From: Macrostomum lignano
Taxonomy: Eukaryota
Direction of reading: 5' to 3'
Assembly (NCBI GenBank): GCA_002269645.1
Contig: NIVC01000384.1
Span: 310,001 to 374,000, forward strand
DNA length: 64,000 nt
Under the pieces are notes generated by a model. That model did not search any database, was not told the origin of the DNA, and was given only the letters and a program-made list of their open reading frames with translations. The translations under genes were made by a program, and so were the position numbers. Of this stretch, positions 35,033 to 48,200 are shown piece after piece (position 1 is the first letter of the stretch; each line of letters begins with the position of its first letter).

Positions 35033-38000
35033 TCACAGACAGCCGCCAGTCTGCGACGAAGATGTAGAAGCCGTCGAAGGCGACCGGCGCGGTAGCTGGT
35101 GGTGCTGGGCCAGCGGAGAAGCGGAGGAGCTCCTGCTGGTATCGGCAGCCACGCCGGTCGCAGCCTCAGTCTCATTCTCGGCCTGCTCAAAAACTGTCCG
35201 ACTGCCGAGCGCCTTCTCTGCGTGGATATAATCGTAGATGAGGGCGTCGACGCCCAGCTGTCGGAAACGGGCCTTGACCTCGGCGTCGTTGAGCCCGTCG
35301 CCCCAGACGAACAGCACCAAACCGGCATTTTGCACCCGGGCCACCAGAGATTCTTCTTTCAGCAGCTCTTCAAAGCTGGCTGACAGGCCGAGTACGCCTA
35401 GGGATAAAGCGTGGCGCATTGACGCCAGAGTGGAGTTGCAGCGGGGGTCCTCATAGGGCGGGTAGGCCTCCGACCGGCCCTGGGTGAGGAACAGCACCGG
35501 GTAGCGGTTCTGCTTCAGCTGCACCATGGTGCAACAATCGGCATCGAAGGTGCACAGAACTATTCTCCTGCGGCCGCCGCATTCGATGACGTCTTTGAGA
35601 ATTCTATTGACGTATTTATTACGCTCGGAGTAGTGCTCCACATTCTCCTCTAGCTGGCTGCCCTTCACCTTCTGAGGATATTTGATCTCGATTAGGAATC
35701 CAGTGTCCGGGTTCACCTGCGCGTGGATGCGAGGAGTGGTAGGGACTCGGTTAGCTTTGGCTGAAGCTGTTTGATTAGTACCTGTGATACCTGTGATACC
35801 TATCAGTCTAACCTGTGAACCCGTCAATTTTACGTGCGACCCCTGTCAGTCTCACCTGTGACCCCTATCAGTCCCACCTGTGACCCCTATCAGTCCCACC
35901 TGTGACCCCTGTCAGTCTCACCTGTAACCCCTGTCAGTCTCACCTGTGACCCCTATCAGTCCCACCTGTGACTCCTATCAGTCCCACCTGTGACCCCTAT
36001 CATTCCCACCTGTGACCCCTGTCAGTCTCACCTGTGACTCCTATCAGTCCCACCTGTGACTCCTATCAGTCCCACCTGTGACCCCTATCAGTCCCACCTG
36101 TGACCCCTGTCAGTCTCACCTGTAACCCCTGTCAGTCTCACCTGTGACCCCTATCAGTCCCACCTGTGACTCCTATCAGTCCCACCTGTGACCCCTATCA
36201 TTCCCACCTGTGACCCCTGTCAGTCTCACCTGTGACCCCTGTCAGTCTCACCTGTGACCCCTGTCAGTCTCACCTGTGACCCCTATCAGTCCCACCTGTG
36301 ACCCCTATCAGTCCCACCTGTGACCCCTGTCAGTCTCACCTGTAACCCCTGTCAGTCTCACCTGTGACCCCTATCAGTCCCACCTGTGACTCCTATCAGT
36401 CCCACCTGTGACCCCTATCAGTCCCACCTGTGACCCCTATCAGTCCCACCTGTGACCCCTATCAGTCCCACCTGTGACCCCTGTCAGTCTCACCTGTAAC
36501 CCCTGTCAGTCTCACCTGTGACCCCTATCAGTCCCACCTGTGACTCCTATCAGTCCCACCTGTGACTCCTATCAGTCCCACCTGTGACCCCTGTCAGTCT
36601 CACCTGTGACCCCTATCAGTCCCACCTGTGACTCCTATCAGTCCCACCTGTGACCCCTATCAGTCCCACCTGTGACCCGTGTCAGTCTCACCTGTTCCAG
36701 GCACTGGCGCAGGCTGGGAAAGGGCTGCAGCTCCACAGGATCGATATCGTCAGTGTCCAGATGCTCCTCATTGTCGGTCATCTCGGCTAGGGAGCAGAGC
36801 TTCATGCTTTGCAGACTTTCCATTGTGAAATTTTTAACAGGGACTTCAATCTGTTTGAGCTTTCGCTGCTTCAATCGCATGGTTACGGCTACGTTGAAGT
36901 CGTGAAACACAACCGGAATCTGCGGTTGAAAAAGGTGTCAAAAGGGTTCAATTCATATAGTTTAAGCAAGTCGGCCTTCCACACAACCGGCGAGAGGCAT
37001 TGCTGCCCATACCGCCGACTCCCCTGAGCAGGCACACAAGCGCGCGGATACTTCCGCAGTTATACGCACAGGCACACACTCACACAGGAGTGTACAGCGG
37101 CCCCTAACTTTATTTATCGTTAGGGATGTACACTTCACTGTGCCTTGGGCTTTGGCCCTCAAGGCCGTTAATTGCACGAGCAGAGCCAAGCCGAGAAGAA
37201 AGGTCTCACTCTATCGCAACTCCGACACTTTATATCTCCGGAAAGCTTAACCCTAGTCCCCAATGCAGAAGGAAGTGACGGAGATATGAAATCCCAGAGA
37301 TATGAAATCTCAGAGATATGAAATCTCTCAGAGATATGAAATCTCTCAGAGATATGAAATCTCTCAGAGATATGAAATCTCTCAGAGATATGAAATCTCT
37401 CAGAGATATGAAATCTCTCAGAGATATGAAATCTCTCAGAGATATGAAATCTCTCAGAGATATGAAATCTCTCAGAGATATGAAATCTCTCAGAGATATG
37501 AAATCTCTCAGAGATATGAAATCTCTCAGAGATATGAAATCTCTCAGAGATATGAAATCTCTCAGAGATATGAAATCTCTCAGATATATGAAATCTCTCA
37601 GAGATATGAAATCTCTTAGAGATATGAAATCTCTCAGAGATATGAAATCTCAGATATACAAAATCTCAGAGATATGAAATCTCATAGATATAAAATCTTA
37701 GAGATATGAACTCTCAGAGATATCAAAGCACCCCAGCCGAGATTCGATTTTGGCCCCTAATAAATGTGACTGCACTTAGAATCGAGCCCGGGCCGCTGGC
37801 ACATCATCAGAACGCCGCGCTAGACCACTAGGCTACAGCTCCCATTTCATAACCATAGACACGCCAAAACTGACTGTCCCTGTCCTACTCACGTTGTCCT
37901 TAGAGAATTGAACGTCGAATTCGACAAAGTCGGCTCCGTGGCTGGCGGCCAGATTCATGGAGTGGATGGTGTTCTCCCGCACAGTGTTAATGGATGTGTT

Positions 38001-39256
38001 CTTCTTGTGCGAATTGCCGGCGCCCCTGTGCCCAACGTCCATGGTTTTGCGCTTCACCCAGTGCCGCCTGTACGTCACCGATACGTCGTTGCGAAGGTGC
38101 GGTGACATCGAAGTGATGAACAAATACTGCAACTTGAGTGTGCCCACTAGCACCGGAGCGCCCTGCTTGCTCACCATCACCTGCGGGCAGCGGGGTGGGA
38201 CGGAAGCTGGACTGCAGTCTGATCGATTGAGGTCTGTCTCAGTGCATATTCTGTCTGCCTGTCCTATCCCAGCGTCTGCCTGTCCTATCTTAGTGTCTGC
38301 CTGTCCTATCTCAGTGTCTGCCTCAGACTGCCTGTCCTATCTCAGTGTTCGCCTGTCCTATCTCAGTGTCTGCCTGTCCTATCTCAGTGTCTGCCTGTCC
38401 TATCTCAGTGTCTGCCTGTCCTATCTCAGTGTCTGCCTGTCCTATCTCAGTGTCTGCCTGTCCTATATCAGTGTTCGCCTGTCCTATCTCAGTGTCTGCC
38501 TGTCCTATCTCAGTGTCTGCCTGTCCTATCTCAGTGTCTGCCTGTCCTATCACAGTGTCTGCCTGTCCTATCTCAGTGTCTGCCTGTCCTATCTCAGTGT
38601 CTGCCTGTCCTATCTCAGTGTCTGCCTGTCCTATCTCAGTGTCTGCCTGTCCTATCTCAGTGTTTGCCTGTCCTATCTCAGTGTCTGCCTCAGACTGCCT
38701 GTCCTCTCTCAGTGTTCGCCTGTTCTATCTCAGTGTCTGCCTGTCCTATCACAGTGTCTGCCTGTCCTATCTCAGTGTCTGCCTGTCCTATCTCAGTGTC
38801 TGCCTGTCCTATCTCAGTGTCTGCCTGTCCTATCTCAGTGTCTGCCTGTCCCATCTCAGTGTCTGCCTGTCCTATCTCAGTGTCTGCCTGTCCTATCTCA
38901 GTGTCTGCCTGTCCTATCTCAGTGTTTGCCTGTCCTATCTCAGTGTTCGCCTGTCCTATCTCAGTGTCTGCCTGTCCTATCTCAGTGTCTGCCTGTCCTA
39001 TCTCAGTGTCTGCCTGTCCTACCTCAGTGTCTGCCTGTCCTATCTCAGTGTCTGCCTGTCCTATCTCAGTGTTTGCCTGTCCTATCTCAGTGTCTGCCTC
39101 AGACTGCCTGTCCTATCTCAGTGTTTGCCTGTCCTATCTCAGTGTCTGCCTGTCCTATCTCAGTGTCTGCCTGTCCTATCTCAGTGTCTGCCTGTCCTAT
39201 CTCAGTGTCTACCTGCCTGCCTAACTGCCTGTCTGTCTGTCCGTTTGTCTGTCTGC

Positions 39257-39311
<55 letters not shown>

Positions 39312-42300
39312 CTGTCTGTCTGTCTGTCTGCCTGTCTGTCTATCATGCAGTAGCAGTCAGGCCAAACCTGCAGTATTTTGACGCCCTTGCTCTCCTGACT
39401 GCGCAGCGGCATGAGGCTGGCTTTGCCAATCAGCTGCCGGCTTTTCGGATCGCGCAGCTCGATTTCGAAAGCGGTGGACTCTAGGTCGAATGTGTCAACC
39501 TGGCGGTCAGGTATTGAAAATGAAATCAGTTTAGTGAATCAGTGAATCAGTTATTCACTACTGTTGAAAGAAACCTGGCACTGTTGACTCACCTGGAACA
39601 CCAGGTGACTATCCGGGGTGCAAAGTTCGCCAAAGGTAGCCTGAGGTCGAGTACGGCAGTCGGCGTCCGGGTCTGACGAGTCGTCATTTGGAGGCGTCGA
39701 CTCGCCGATGCTGCACACGGTGGCGGGCAGCCTGTGAAGATCAGTAGCCAATTGAGTCAAGGCAGGTGTACAACTTTACCATGTACAATTTTAGGATGTT
39801 CACCTTCAGGATGCACAACTTCAAAGATGTACGCTTGTACACTTTCAGGATGCAAACCTGGAGCATTTACAACTTCAGAATGTACTATTTCAGGATGCAC
39901 CCCGTCAGGATGTACAAAATTAGGAGCTACAACTTCAGGATGTACATCTGCAGAGTGTACAGCTTTAGGAAGTAAAGCTTCATGCAAGGATCTCACTTTA
40001 TCTAACGCTTCCTGTAATTCTGTAACAGCTCACCTGCCAGCCAGGTATTCGTCGCCATTGAGCGACTCTTCCAGTTCGCCCATCTGAATAGGCAGAGGCG
40101 CAGAGCTGCCGCCGCCACCTCCAGCGTTGCTATTGTTGGCCGCAGCGGCTGAGGCAGCGGAGGTCATCGAGTTGGCAGCGTCCGAATAAGCAGCCGAGCC
40201 GGTGCTCTCGGCTATGGAGTGCGACCAGCAGGACGCCAGGGCAGTGCGGACCGCGCGTCGGTAATTGGGCCGGAACCATTCCAGACAGCCGGGCATCAGG
40301 TGCAGATGCACCTGAGTCTGGCCGGTCAGCCAGCCACGCTGGATGCGCTTCTGCTGCTGTAGGGGCGAGAGGGAAAGTGTACATGTGAACTTTGGAGGGC
40401 GTACGCAGACACGCACTCATACACACATTCATAACACGGTGTACAGCAGCCCCGATTTTCTAATCGTCAGGCATGTACACTCACTGTGCCTTCTGGGTTG
40501 GGCCTCATGGGTGGGAATCGCGATCTCAACGCACGAAATCGAATCAATGTAGTATGTACATTGACAGGTGGGCTACAGAGACTATGCACATTGGGAAGGT
40601 GGGCTACAGAGAGTATGTACATTGGGAAGGTGGGCCACTGAGACTATGTACATTGGGGAGGTGGGCCACAGAGAGTATGCACATTGGACAGGTGGGCCAC
40701 AGAGAGTATGTACATTGGACAGGTGGGCCACAGAGAGTATGCACATTGGACAGGTGGGCCACAGAGAGTATGTACATTGGGGAGGTGGGCCACAGAGACT
40801 ATGTACATTGGGGAGGTGGGCTACAGAGACTATGTACATTGGGGAGGTGGGCCACAGAGACTATGTACATTGGGGAGGTGGGCTACAGAGACTATGTACA
40901 TTGGGGAGGTGGGCCACAGAGACTATGTACATTGGGGAGGTGGGCTACAGAGACTATGTACATTGGGGAGGTGGGCTACAGAGACTATGTACATTGGGGA
41001 GGTGGGCCACAGAGACTATGTACATTGGGGAGGTGGGCTACAGAGACTATGTACATTGGGGAGGTGGGGCCGAGAAGACGGACAGTGGACACCTAAAGGC
41101 TGAGCCACTCACACTGCCATCCTGAGCAATAACGACGCCGAACTCCGGCACGTCAACGTCGGGTTGAACAGCCCCCGTCAGGCAGTCCATCAGGGCCAGG
41201 CGCCTAGGGTTGCGAAACGATTCCCAGTGTGAGATGCACAGCGTCACTTCGCTGTCCTCGTCGTTGGGATTGTGGCAACGGGCGAGGAAGAACCTGCGAA
41301 TCGTGGGGCATTCTCATTGGATTAACGAATTCATAGTTAATATCAATAGAATAATGGGAAAATAGGTTTAAATAGGTTTTTATCAGCTTGAAGCAGTGAA
41401 CGCTATAAGTTAGCTACATTTTTATGTTCTAGCACAAAATTTCAATTTGCACTTAGCCTCGAAATTGGCTCGCTCGATTAATTAAATATCATACGCGAGG
41501 GTGAGAAATAAGGTTAAAAATCATAGACTGGCTGAAGAACTGACTTCAAAAATCTCAAACTCAAACATTAAGAGTGACACAAAACACGCACACACAGGCT
41601 CAGACAAAGTGTACAACACGACTGGGACTTTCTCATTGCCAGGCATGTACAACACACTGTGCCTTGGGGGTTGGCCCGCATTAGTTTGAATGGTATGACA
41701 ACCGCTCACGAAATTGAACCAGAGGTCGAGGCGCGATGCGTTTATCGTAGATAAGGGTGGCAGTGTAATTATAAAATGCCGTAATTGAGATGACTAATGA
41801 GGTAACGAAAGCGAGATTGTTTGTGCTCTAGCTGCCTTCAGAAGCGCTAGTGTCAATGAGGGCCAGGGTGATTTTATTGAGTGAGTCGGTGAGTGAGTGA
41901 GTGACTGACTGACTGTCCGACTCAGTGAGTGACTTGACTGACTGACTGACTGAGGACTGACTGAGTGAGTGAGTGAGTGACTGAGTGAGTGAGTGACTGT
42001 CTGACTCAGTGAGTGACTTGACTGACTGACTGAGTGAATGAGTGAATGAGAGAGTGACTGGGTGAGTGACTGAGTGACTGACTGACTGAGGACTGAGTGA
42101 CTGAGTGAGTGACTGACTGACTGAGTGCGTGACTGAGTGAGTGACTGACTGAGGACTGAGTGACTGAGTGCGTGACTGAGTGAGTGACTTGACTGACTGA
42201 CTGACTGAGGACTGAGTGACTGAGTGAGTGACTGAGTGACTGACTGACTGGGTGAGTGACTGAGTGACTGACTGACTGGGTGAGTGACTGAGTGACTGAC

Positions 42301-43069
42301 TGACTGGGTGAGTGACTGAGTGACTGACTGACTGGGTGAGTGACTGAGTGACTGACTGACTGGGTGAGTGACTGAGTGACTGACTGAGCGACTGAATGAG
42401 CGAGTAAGTAAGCAATCATTTGGAAGGTCTGAGCCCCAGAAGTTGGCACCCTGCCAGAGTACCAGTAACTCGAGAGTGGGGGCCCTTTCCGTTTTGGCGG
42501 AGTTAAGCCGTGCAATAGCTGAGATCCTTAATGCCCTTAGGTGAATTTCCGACCTACCCTGGCTGACTCAGGGCTGGTCCACGCTGTCAACCCCACCGTT
42601 TATCAGCAGCAACAACAATTGACGGTGACTCAGACACATCTAATTCGATGCTTGATATTAGGTTATAAAAACTCACCATTAAATGTAAAAAGAAACTGCT
42701 CAAAAACTCGCTGTGCTTAAAAATCATAAAAAAAGCTTTCTTTACAGAGAGGCAACAGTCGAAGCACTCTCTCAGATATCCATGCGCGCCATCTAACCTG
42801 TAGGCAACATTGCCAAGCGGCAGCGGGATCTGCACGTCCCGGCCAAATTCAATGTAGTCGGCAGTCTTCTGGGCAATAGGCATGGACTTGGCCTTCTCCA
42901 CATTCCAGGCGCCCAGCTGGTTGCAGTCGCCAACTAGGTAACAGGCAACATCGGGGGCGCCTAAGCTGCCTAACAGCTGGTCTGGCACTCGAACTCGGAA
43001 TGGCACCACCACCTGGTGCTGCCGAGGACCGCATGATGAACTGCTGCTGGTAGTTGACTTAGTTGCCAT
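35033..43069 (-). CDS. GPCPD1: Glycerophosphocholine phosphodiesterase (CBM20 plus GDPD domain, GDE5 type)
   Basis: Exons 43069-42798, 41293-41113, 40356-40034, 39731-39593, 39499-39368, 38180-37893, 36919-36692 and 35716-35033, all GT-AG and phase-compatible. Motifs: LVGDCNQLGAWN, GWLTGQTQVHL, DVGHRGAG, RENTI, GADFVEFDVQFSKD, IPVVFHD, FPSLRQCLE, IEIKYP, KQNRYPVLFLT, GVDALIYD. Confidence 0.93.
35830..36690. repeat. 22-bp intronic minisatellite (TGTGACCCCTATCAGTCCCACC)
   Basis: Read directly; it begins at the GPCPD1 donor at 36691. Confidence 0.95.
36994..37196 (-). mobile_element. Dispersed SINE-like element, long copy, intronic
   Basis: About 200 bp aligns closely by eye to 48921-49128. 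It contains two hairpins and a TG-rich segment. Confidence 0.75.
37280..37725. repeat. 18-bp intronic minisatellite (GAGATATGAAATCTCTCA)
   Basis: Read directly. Confidence 0.96.
37766..37843 (-). other. Degenerate tRNA-like sequence (SINE head or tRNA pseudogene)
   Basis: A-box TAGCCTAGTGG (37835-37825), B-box-like GGCTCGATTCT (37788-37778) and an anticodon-like loop CTGATGA. The T-arm and acceptor stems do not pair properly. Confidence 0.45.
38245..39345. repeat. 21-bp intronic minisatellite (GTCTGCCTGTCCTATCTCAGT) followed by (TCTG)n
   Basis: Read directly. Confidence 0.95.
39770..39970. repeat. Degenerate short repeat (TCAGGATGTACA core), intronic
   Basis: Read directly. Confidence 0.6.
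40400..40548 (-). mobile_element. Diverged SINE-like family copy
   Basis: GTGTACAGCAGCCCCGATTTTCTAATCGTCAGGCATGTACAC followed by TGTGCCTTCTGGGTTGGGCCTCA. Confidence 0.65.
40555..41070. repeat. 31-bp intronic minisatellite (GGGCCACAGAGACTATGTACATTGGGGAGGT)
   Basis: Read directly. Confidence 0.95.
41578..41725 (-). mobile_element. Diverged SINE-like family copy
   Basis: GTGTACAAC...CCAGGCATGTACA followed by TGTGCCTTGGGGGTTGGCCC; B-box-like GGTTCAATTTC on the minus strand near 41720. Confidence 0.62.
41880..42410. repeat. (GAGT/GACT)n compound microsatellite, intronic
   Basis: Read directly. Confidence 0.93.
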
Positions 43070-43389
43070 GCTGGTTTTAAACGTGTCAAGCTGAGCTGTC
43101 CATTTTGAAAAACAAAAACTTTTACTAAATTATTAATAGGTTGCTTTTTTACTACGGATATACTGGCGCTTATTCAAACAAGCAAACTAACGATATCAGT
43201 TGCAGTGGTAGCCTTGGCTCTGGAAAAAAAATGCATCGCGAAAAGTATAAGTAAAATAATCCGAAAATCGTTTTTTCTTTCACCTACAATTAGGAGCAAT
43301 AGCAATTAGGAAAAGTAGTGGTATTAGTTTTATAATGGTTTTATTATACACCCGTTATAGGAAAAAACAATGCACTTTGTAAGCTAAAC

Positions 43390-44165
43390 AGCCTATGTAC
43401 ATTCTTCGAGCTGAAATCCTAACTACTGGCGGCGAGGGTGGGCAATAAAATGGGGAGGGCGCAGAGACAGAGAGCCAAGCGACTCAGTTTTATTACCAAT
43501 CTAGAAGGGGGTGCGAGCGTAACAATAATGCGCAGCTAGTTAAGCGCGACAGAATAATTAATGCTGTTTGTTCCACTTTAACTGCAGCCGAAACCCCCTT
43601 GGGTAGGAAGAGGACAGGAAATAAAATTAGAGGGTGTAAAGCAGCACGTGACCCGGTTTTATTATCAGTCTAGGAAAGAAAACCTATGTACATTTCAAGG
43701 CCCGATAGCTAACGTACATTCTACAGCTGAAATCCCGGTTAATATCGGCAATAAAATGGGGGGATCGTGGCAGAACGTGACCCACCAGTTTTATATCAGT
43801 CTAGTAAAAAAGAGCAATGTACATTTCTAAGCCCTGCCAGCTAGTGTACATACTACAGCTGAAACCTCCGGGGAATATTGGCAATAAAATCGGGGAGGGT
43901 GTAGCAGAAGCACGTGACCCACCAGTTTCTCAGTCTAGTAAAGAAAAACAATGTACATTTCTAAGCCCCGCCAGCTAGTGTACATACTACAGCTGAAACC
44001 TCCGGGTAATATTGGTAATAAAGGGGGGGGGGTGGCAGAAGCACGTGATCCACCAGTTTCTCTATCAGTCTAGAAAAGAAAAACATTAGAAACTTTACAA
44101 ACTCCAGGGCATTTCGGCAATACCATGGGGAAGGTGTGGCAGTAGCACGTGACCAAGGTACTTTT
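43390..44165. repeat. Diverged ~130-bp tandem repeat upstream of GPCPD1, with an E-box (CACGTG) in most units
   Basis: The blocks GGCAATAAAAT, GCAGAAGCACGTGACCCACCAGTTT and CAGTCTAG recur. CACGTG occurs at 43645, 43911, 44042 and 44146, with a variant at 43775. Confidence 0.8.
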
Positions 44166-45237
44166 GTCTCTCTTGGAGAGGAGACCTATCACCTATCTAC
44201 TAGAAGCAGTAATTCCCGATTTTTACTAAATTGTTCAACAACCAAAAATGAAAAGTACAAAACCAAAACACCACAGTTTGTTAAGTAAAAACAACTGAAC
44301 TCACATTAACGTGTATTCATTAACATATCGAGTTGACAACACGTGTAGTATAAACCAAATTACCAATCATTTTGACATAGAGTAATGCGAATCACATTAA
44401 AGATAACCCAGATTACCAAGCTACCAATCCAATTAAAAAACTCTCTGTAAAGAAAACTTTTTTACTCGTTCCCAACTTCGTACAGACCAAAAAACTTTTT
44501 TAAGTTTCTCAAACAGTTATGATTCAAGACAAACTTAATTAAAATAGAATTAGAAAAAAGTGTTCAGGTAATTTACGTACTAAAAGGTTCCAATTGTCAA
44601 TCTTCTGGATTACCAAAATAAAAACTAAAAGACATATTGCCAAACTGTGACGTTAGACTGTAATAAATTGATCAATGCCACGATAGTGGATGGCTGTGAG
44701 AGATTGCCTAAATAAACTTATGCACATTAATCAATACGCGGAAACTACTCGTATCAGGTATGTAATATTCATAAACAATCAAAGATAAAATATACCATTA
44801 TAAGTAATATTGATGACTAATATGAATTCAATCAATACTGAGCTTTCTTATAAGTAAACAGAAAATATTTATGGCAATCGAAATAAAAATATGCAATCAA
44901 GAGACTAATAATAATCTGTCATATGACTTAATACAAACAATTAAAAATTATTACAGCAGGTCACACCGACCGTCTCATTGTAAGTAAAAACTGTCTTCTA
45001 CTATACTACTGATTAAAAACGATCAGTAGTATCAGATAAAAGAGAAAAACAAAATTAAATATAACTATTGTATTGCACATCAGCATTGTAATTATAAAAA
45101 ACAGACATATAAATAAACACTTAATATTAAGTATTTGTTTTTAACCACACGTTTGAAAGCCTGAGGTTGCTCGACGCTTCTTTCTGAGAAACGAAATTGT
45201 TAAGAACGGCTTTCTAACAGTCACTTTAGCTGCGATG

Positions 45238-48200
45238 TCAAGCCACGGTGGTCGCCTGTCCCGACTGCAACGGCTGTTTGAATATCCAGCCGCCCTCCTC
45301 ATCTTTGATGAAGTATTTCACCGGAAATTGGAGGCCGTGATCGCGACGATATCTTTCGCAATTCCGTTGACGATCTTCCAGCTGTATGATGGTAAACAAT
45401 ACAAATGAAATTATTGATAGAATGAGTGCTACTTAAGTATGCTACTTATAAAGGGGAAAAAAAGATTAGACACGGTTAGACAAGGATAATACAAGTAATA
45501 ATATAACGGATTTACAGTTAGATTAAGACACACACAGGTGAGATAGCACAGGTAGATTAAGACAGACACATGTGAGATAGCACAGGTAGATTAAGACACA
45601 CAGATGAGATAGCACAGGTAGATTAAGACACACAGATGAGATAGCACAGGTAGATTAAGACACAAACAAGTGAGATAGCACAGGTAGATTAAGACACACA
45701 GATGAGATAGCACAGGTAGATTAAGACAGACACATGTGAGATAGCACAGGTAGATTAAGACACACAGGTAAGATAGCACAGGTAGATTAAGACACACAGA
45801 TGAGATAGCACAGGTAGATTAAGACACACAGGTAAGATAGCACAGGTAGATTAAGACACACAGATGAGATAGCACAGGTAGATTAAGACACAGAGGTGAG
45901 ATAGCACAGGTAGATTAAGACACAGAGGTGAGATAGCACAGGTAGATTAAGACACAGAGGTGAGATAGCACAGGTAGATTAAGACACACAGGTGAGATAC
46001 CACAGGTAGATTAAGACACACAGGTGAGATAGCACAGGTAGATTAAGACACACAGGTGAGATAGCACAGGTAGATTAAGACACACAGGTGAGATAGCACA
46101 GGTAGATTAAGACACACAGGTGAGATAGCACAGGTAGATTAAGACACTCAGGTGAGATAGCACAGGTAGATTAAGACACAGAGGTGAGATAGCACAGGTA
46201 GATTAAGACACACAGGTGAGATAGCACAGGTAGATTAAGACACAGAGGTGAGATAGCACAGGTAGATTAAGACACACACAGGTGAGATACCACAGGTAGA
46301 TTAAGACACACAGGTGAGATACCACAGGTAGATTAAGACACACAGGTGAGATACCACAGGTAGATTAAGACACACAGGTGAGATAGCACAGGTAGATTAA
46401 GACACACAGGTGAGATAGCACAGGTAGATTAAGACACACAGGTGAGATACCACAGGTAGATTAAGACAGACACAGATGAGATAGCACAGGTAGATAAAGA
46501 CACACAGGCGAGATAGCACAGGTAGATTAAGACAGAGGTGAGATAGCACAGGTAGATTAAGACACACAGGTGAGATAGCACAGGTAGATTAAGACACAGA
46601 GGTGAGATAGCACAGGTAGATTAAGACACACAGGTGAGATAGCACAGGTAGATTAAGACACACAGGTGAGATAGCACAGGTAGATTAAGACACACAGGTG
46701 AGATAGCACAGGTAGATTAAGACACTCAGGTGAGATAGCACAGGTAGATTAAGACACACAGGTGAGATAGCACAGGTAGATTAAGACACAGAGGTGAGAT
46801 AGCACAGGTAGATTAAGACACACACAGGTGAGATACCACAGGTAGATTAAGACACACAGGTGAGATACCACAGGTAGATTAAGACACACAGGTGAGATAC
46901 CACAGGTAGATTAAGACACACAGGTGAGATACCACAGGTAGATTAAGACACACAGGTGAGATACCACAGGTAGATTAAGACACACAGGTGAGATACCACA
47001 GGTAGATTAAGACACACAGGTGAGATACCACAGGTAGATTAAGACACACAGGTGAGATACCACAGGTAGATTAAGACAGACACAGATGAGATAGCACAGG
47101 TAGATAAAGACACACAGGCGAGATAGCACAGGTAGATTAAGACACACACAGGTGAGATAGCACAAAAAGATAAGCAAAAAAGTACGCATAGACAATAATC
47201 AAAGACCGACAAACCTTTTTCTTTTCCTCGGTCGCCTTGGCAATGTCGCCGGCTCGCAGTGCCTCGGTAACGGACTCCCACAGTCTGCGCGACTCGTAGG
47301 CGCGCTGCTGATGGCGCGGCCGGACCCGCTTTGGCAGGGCGGGCAGCTGGGCAACGTGCAGCTGCCGGCGCTCACCAGTGGCCGGATTCTCGAATTCCAG
47401 TTGGCCGCTCCATTCGCCGTTAACTCGACAGGCGACGCCGCCAGCTGGGCTGCGAACTTCGGCGCTGATGCGGTGCAGCTTGCCGCCATAGAATGGCTTG
47501 GTGTGGAATATCACCGAGGCGGAGAACCGGGACTTGGCGCAGCTGATGCTCACCTGACAGCGGCAATGAGGCAGGAGTGAGGCATCTCACAAGGGGCGAT
47601 TCTACAGTAGCAGAATGTAGGATAGGGGCGATTCTACAGTAGCAGAATGTAGGGTAGGGGCGATTCTACAGTAGCAGAATTCAGGATAGGGGCGAGTCTA
47701 CAGTAGCAGAATGTAGGGTAGGGGCGATTCTACAGTAGCAGAATTCAGGATAGGGGCGAGTCTACAGTAGCAGAATGTAGGGTAGGGGCGATTCTACAGT
47801 AGCAGAATTCAGGATAGGGGCGAGTCTACAGTAGCAGAATGTAGGGTAGGGGCGATTCTACAGTAGCAGAATGTAGGGTAGGGGCGATTCTATAGTATAA
47901 TTTAGGGTAGGGGCGATTCTACAGTAGCAGAATTCAGGATAGGGGTGATTCTACAGTAGCAGAATTTAGGATAGGGGCGATTCTGCAGTTGAATCACACA
48001 GGGTCAGGCGCGATTCTGCAGTTGAATCACACAGGGTCAGATGCGATTCTGCAGTTGAATCACACAGGGTCAGATGCGATTCTGCAGTTGAATCACACAG
48101 GGTCAGATGCGATTCTGCAGTTGGAGCACACAGGGAGCACATTGGAGCATACAGGGAGCACATTGGAGCACACAGGGAGCACATTTGAGCACACAGGGAG

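Noticed and set aside
36994-37196. Two-hairpin intronic element as an H/ACA snoRNA
   Set aside because: There is no ANANNA hinge or terminal ACA in the host-sense orientation, and dispersed multi-copy behaviour fits a SINE better.
37766-37843. Functional tRNA-Ile(GAT)
   Set aside because: The acceptor and T stems do not pair and the B-box is mutated; it is kept only as a degenerate tRNA-like sequence.
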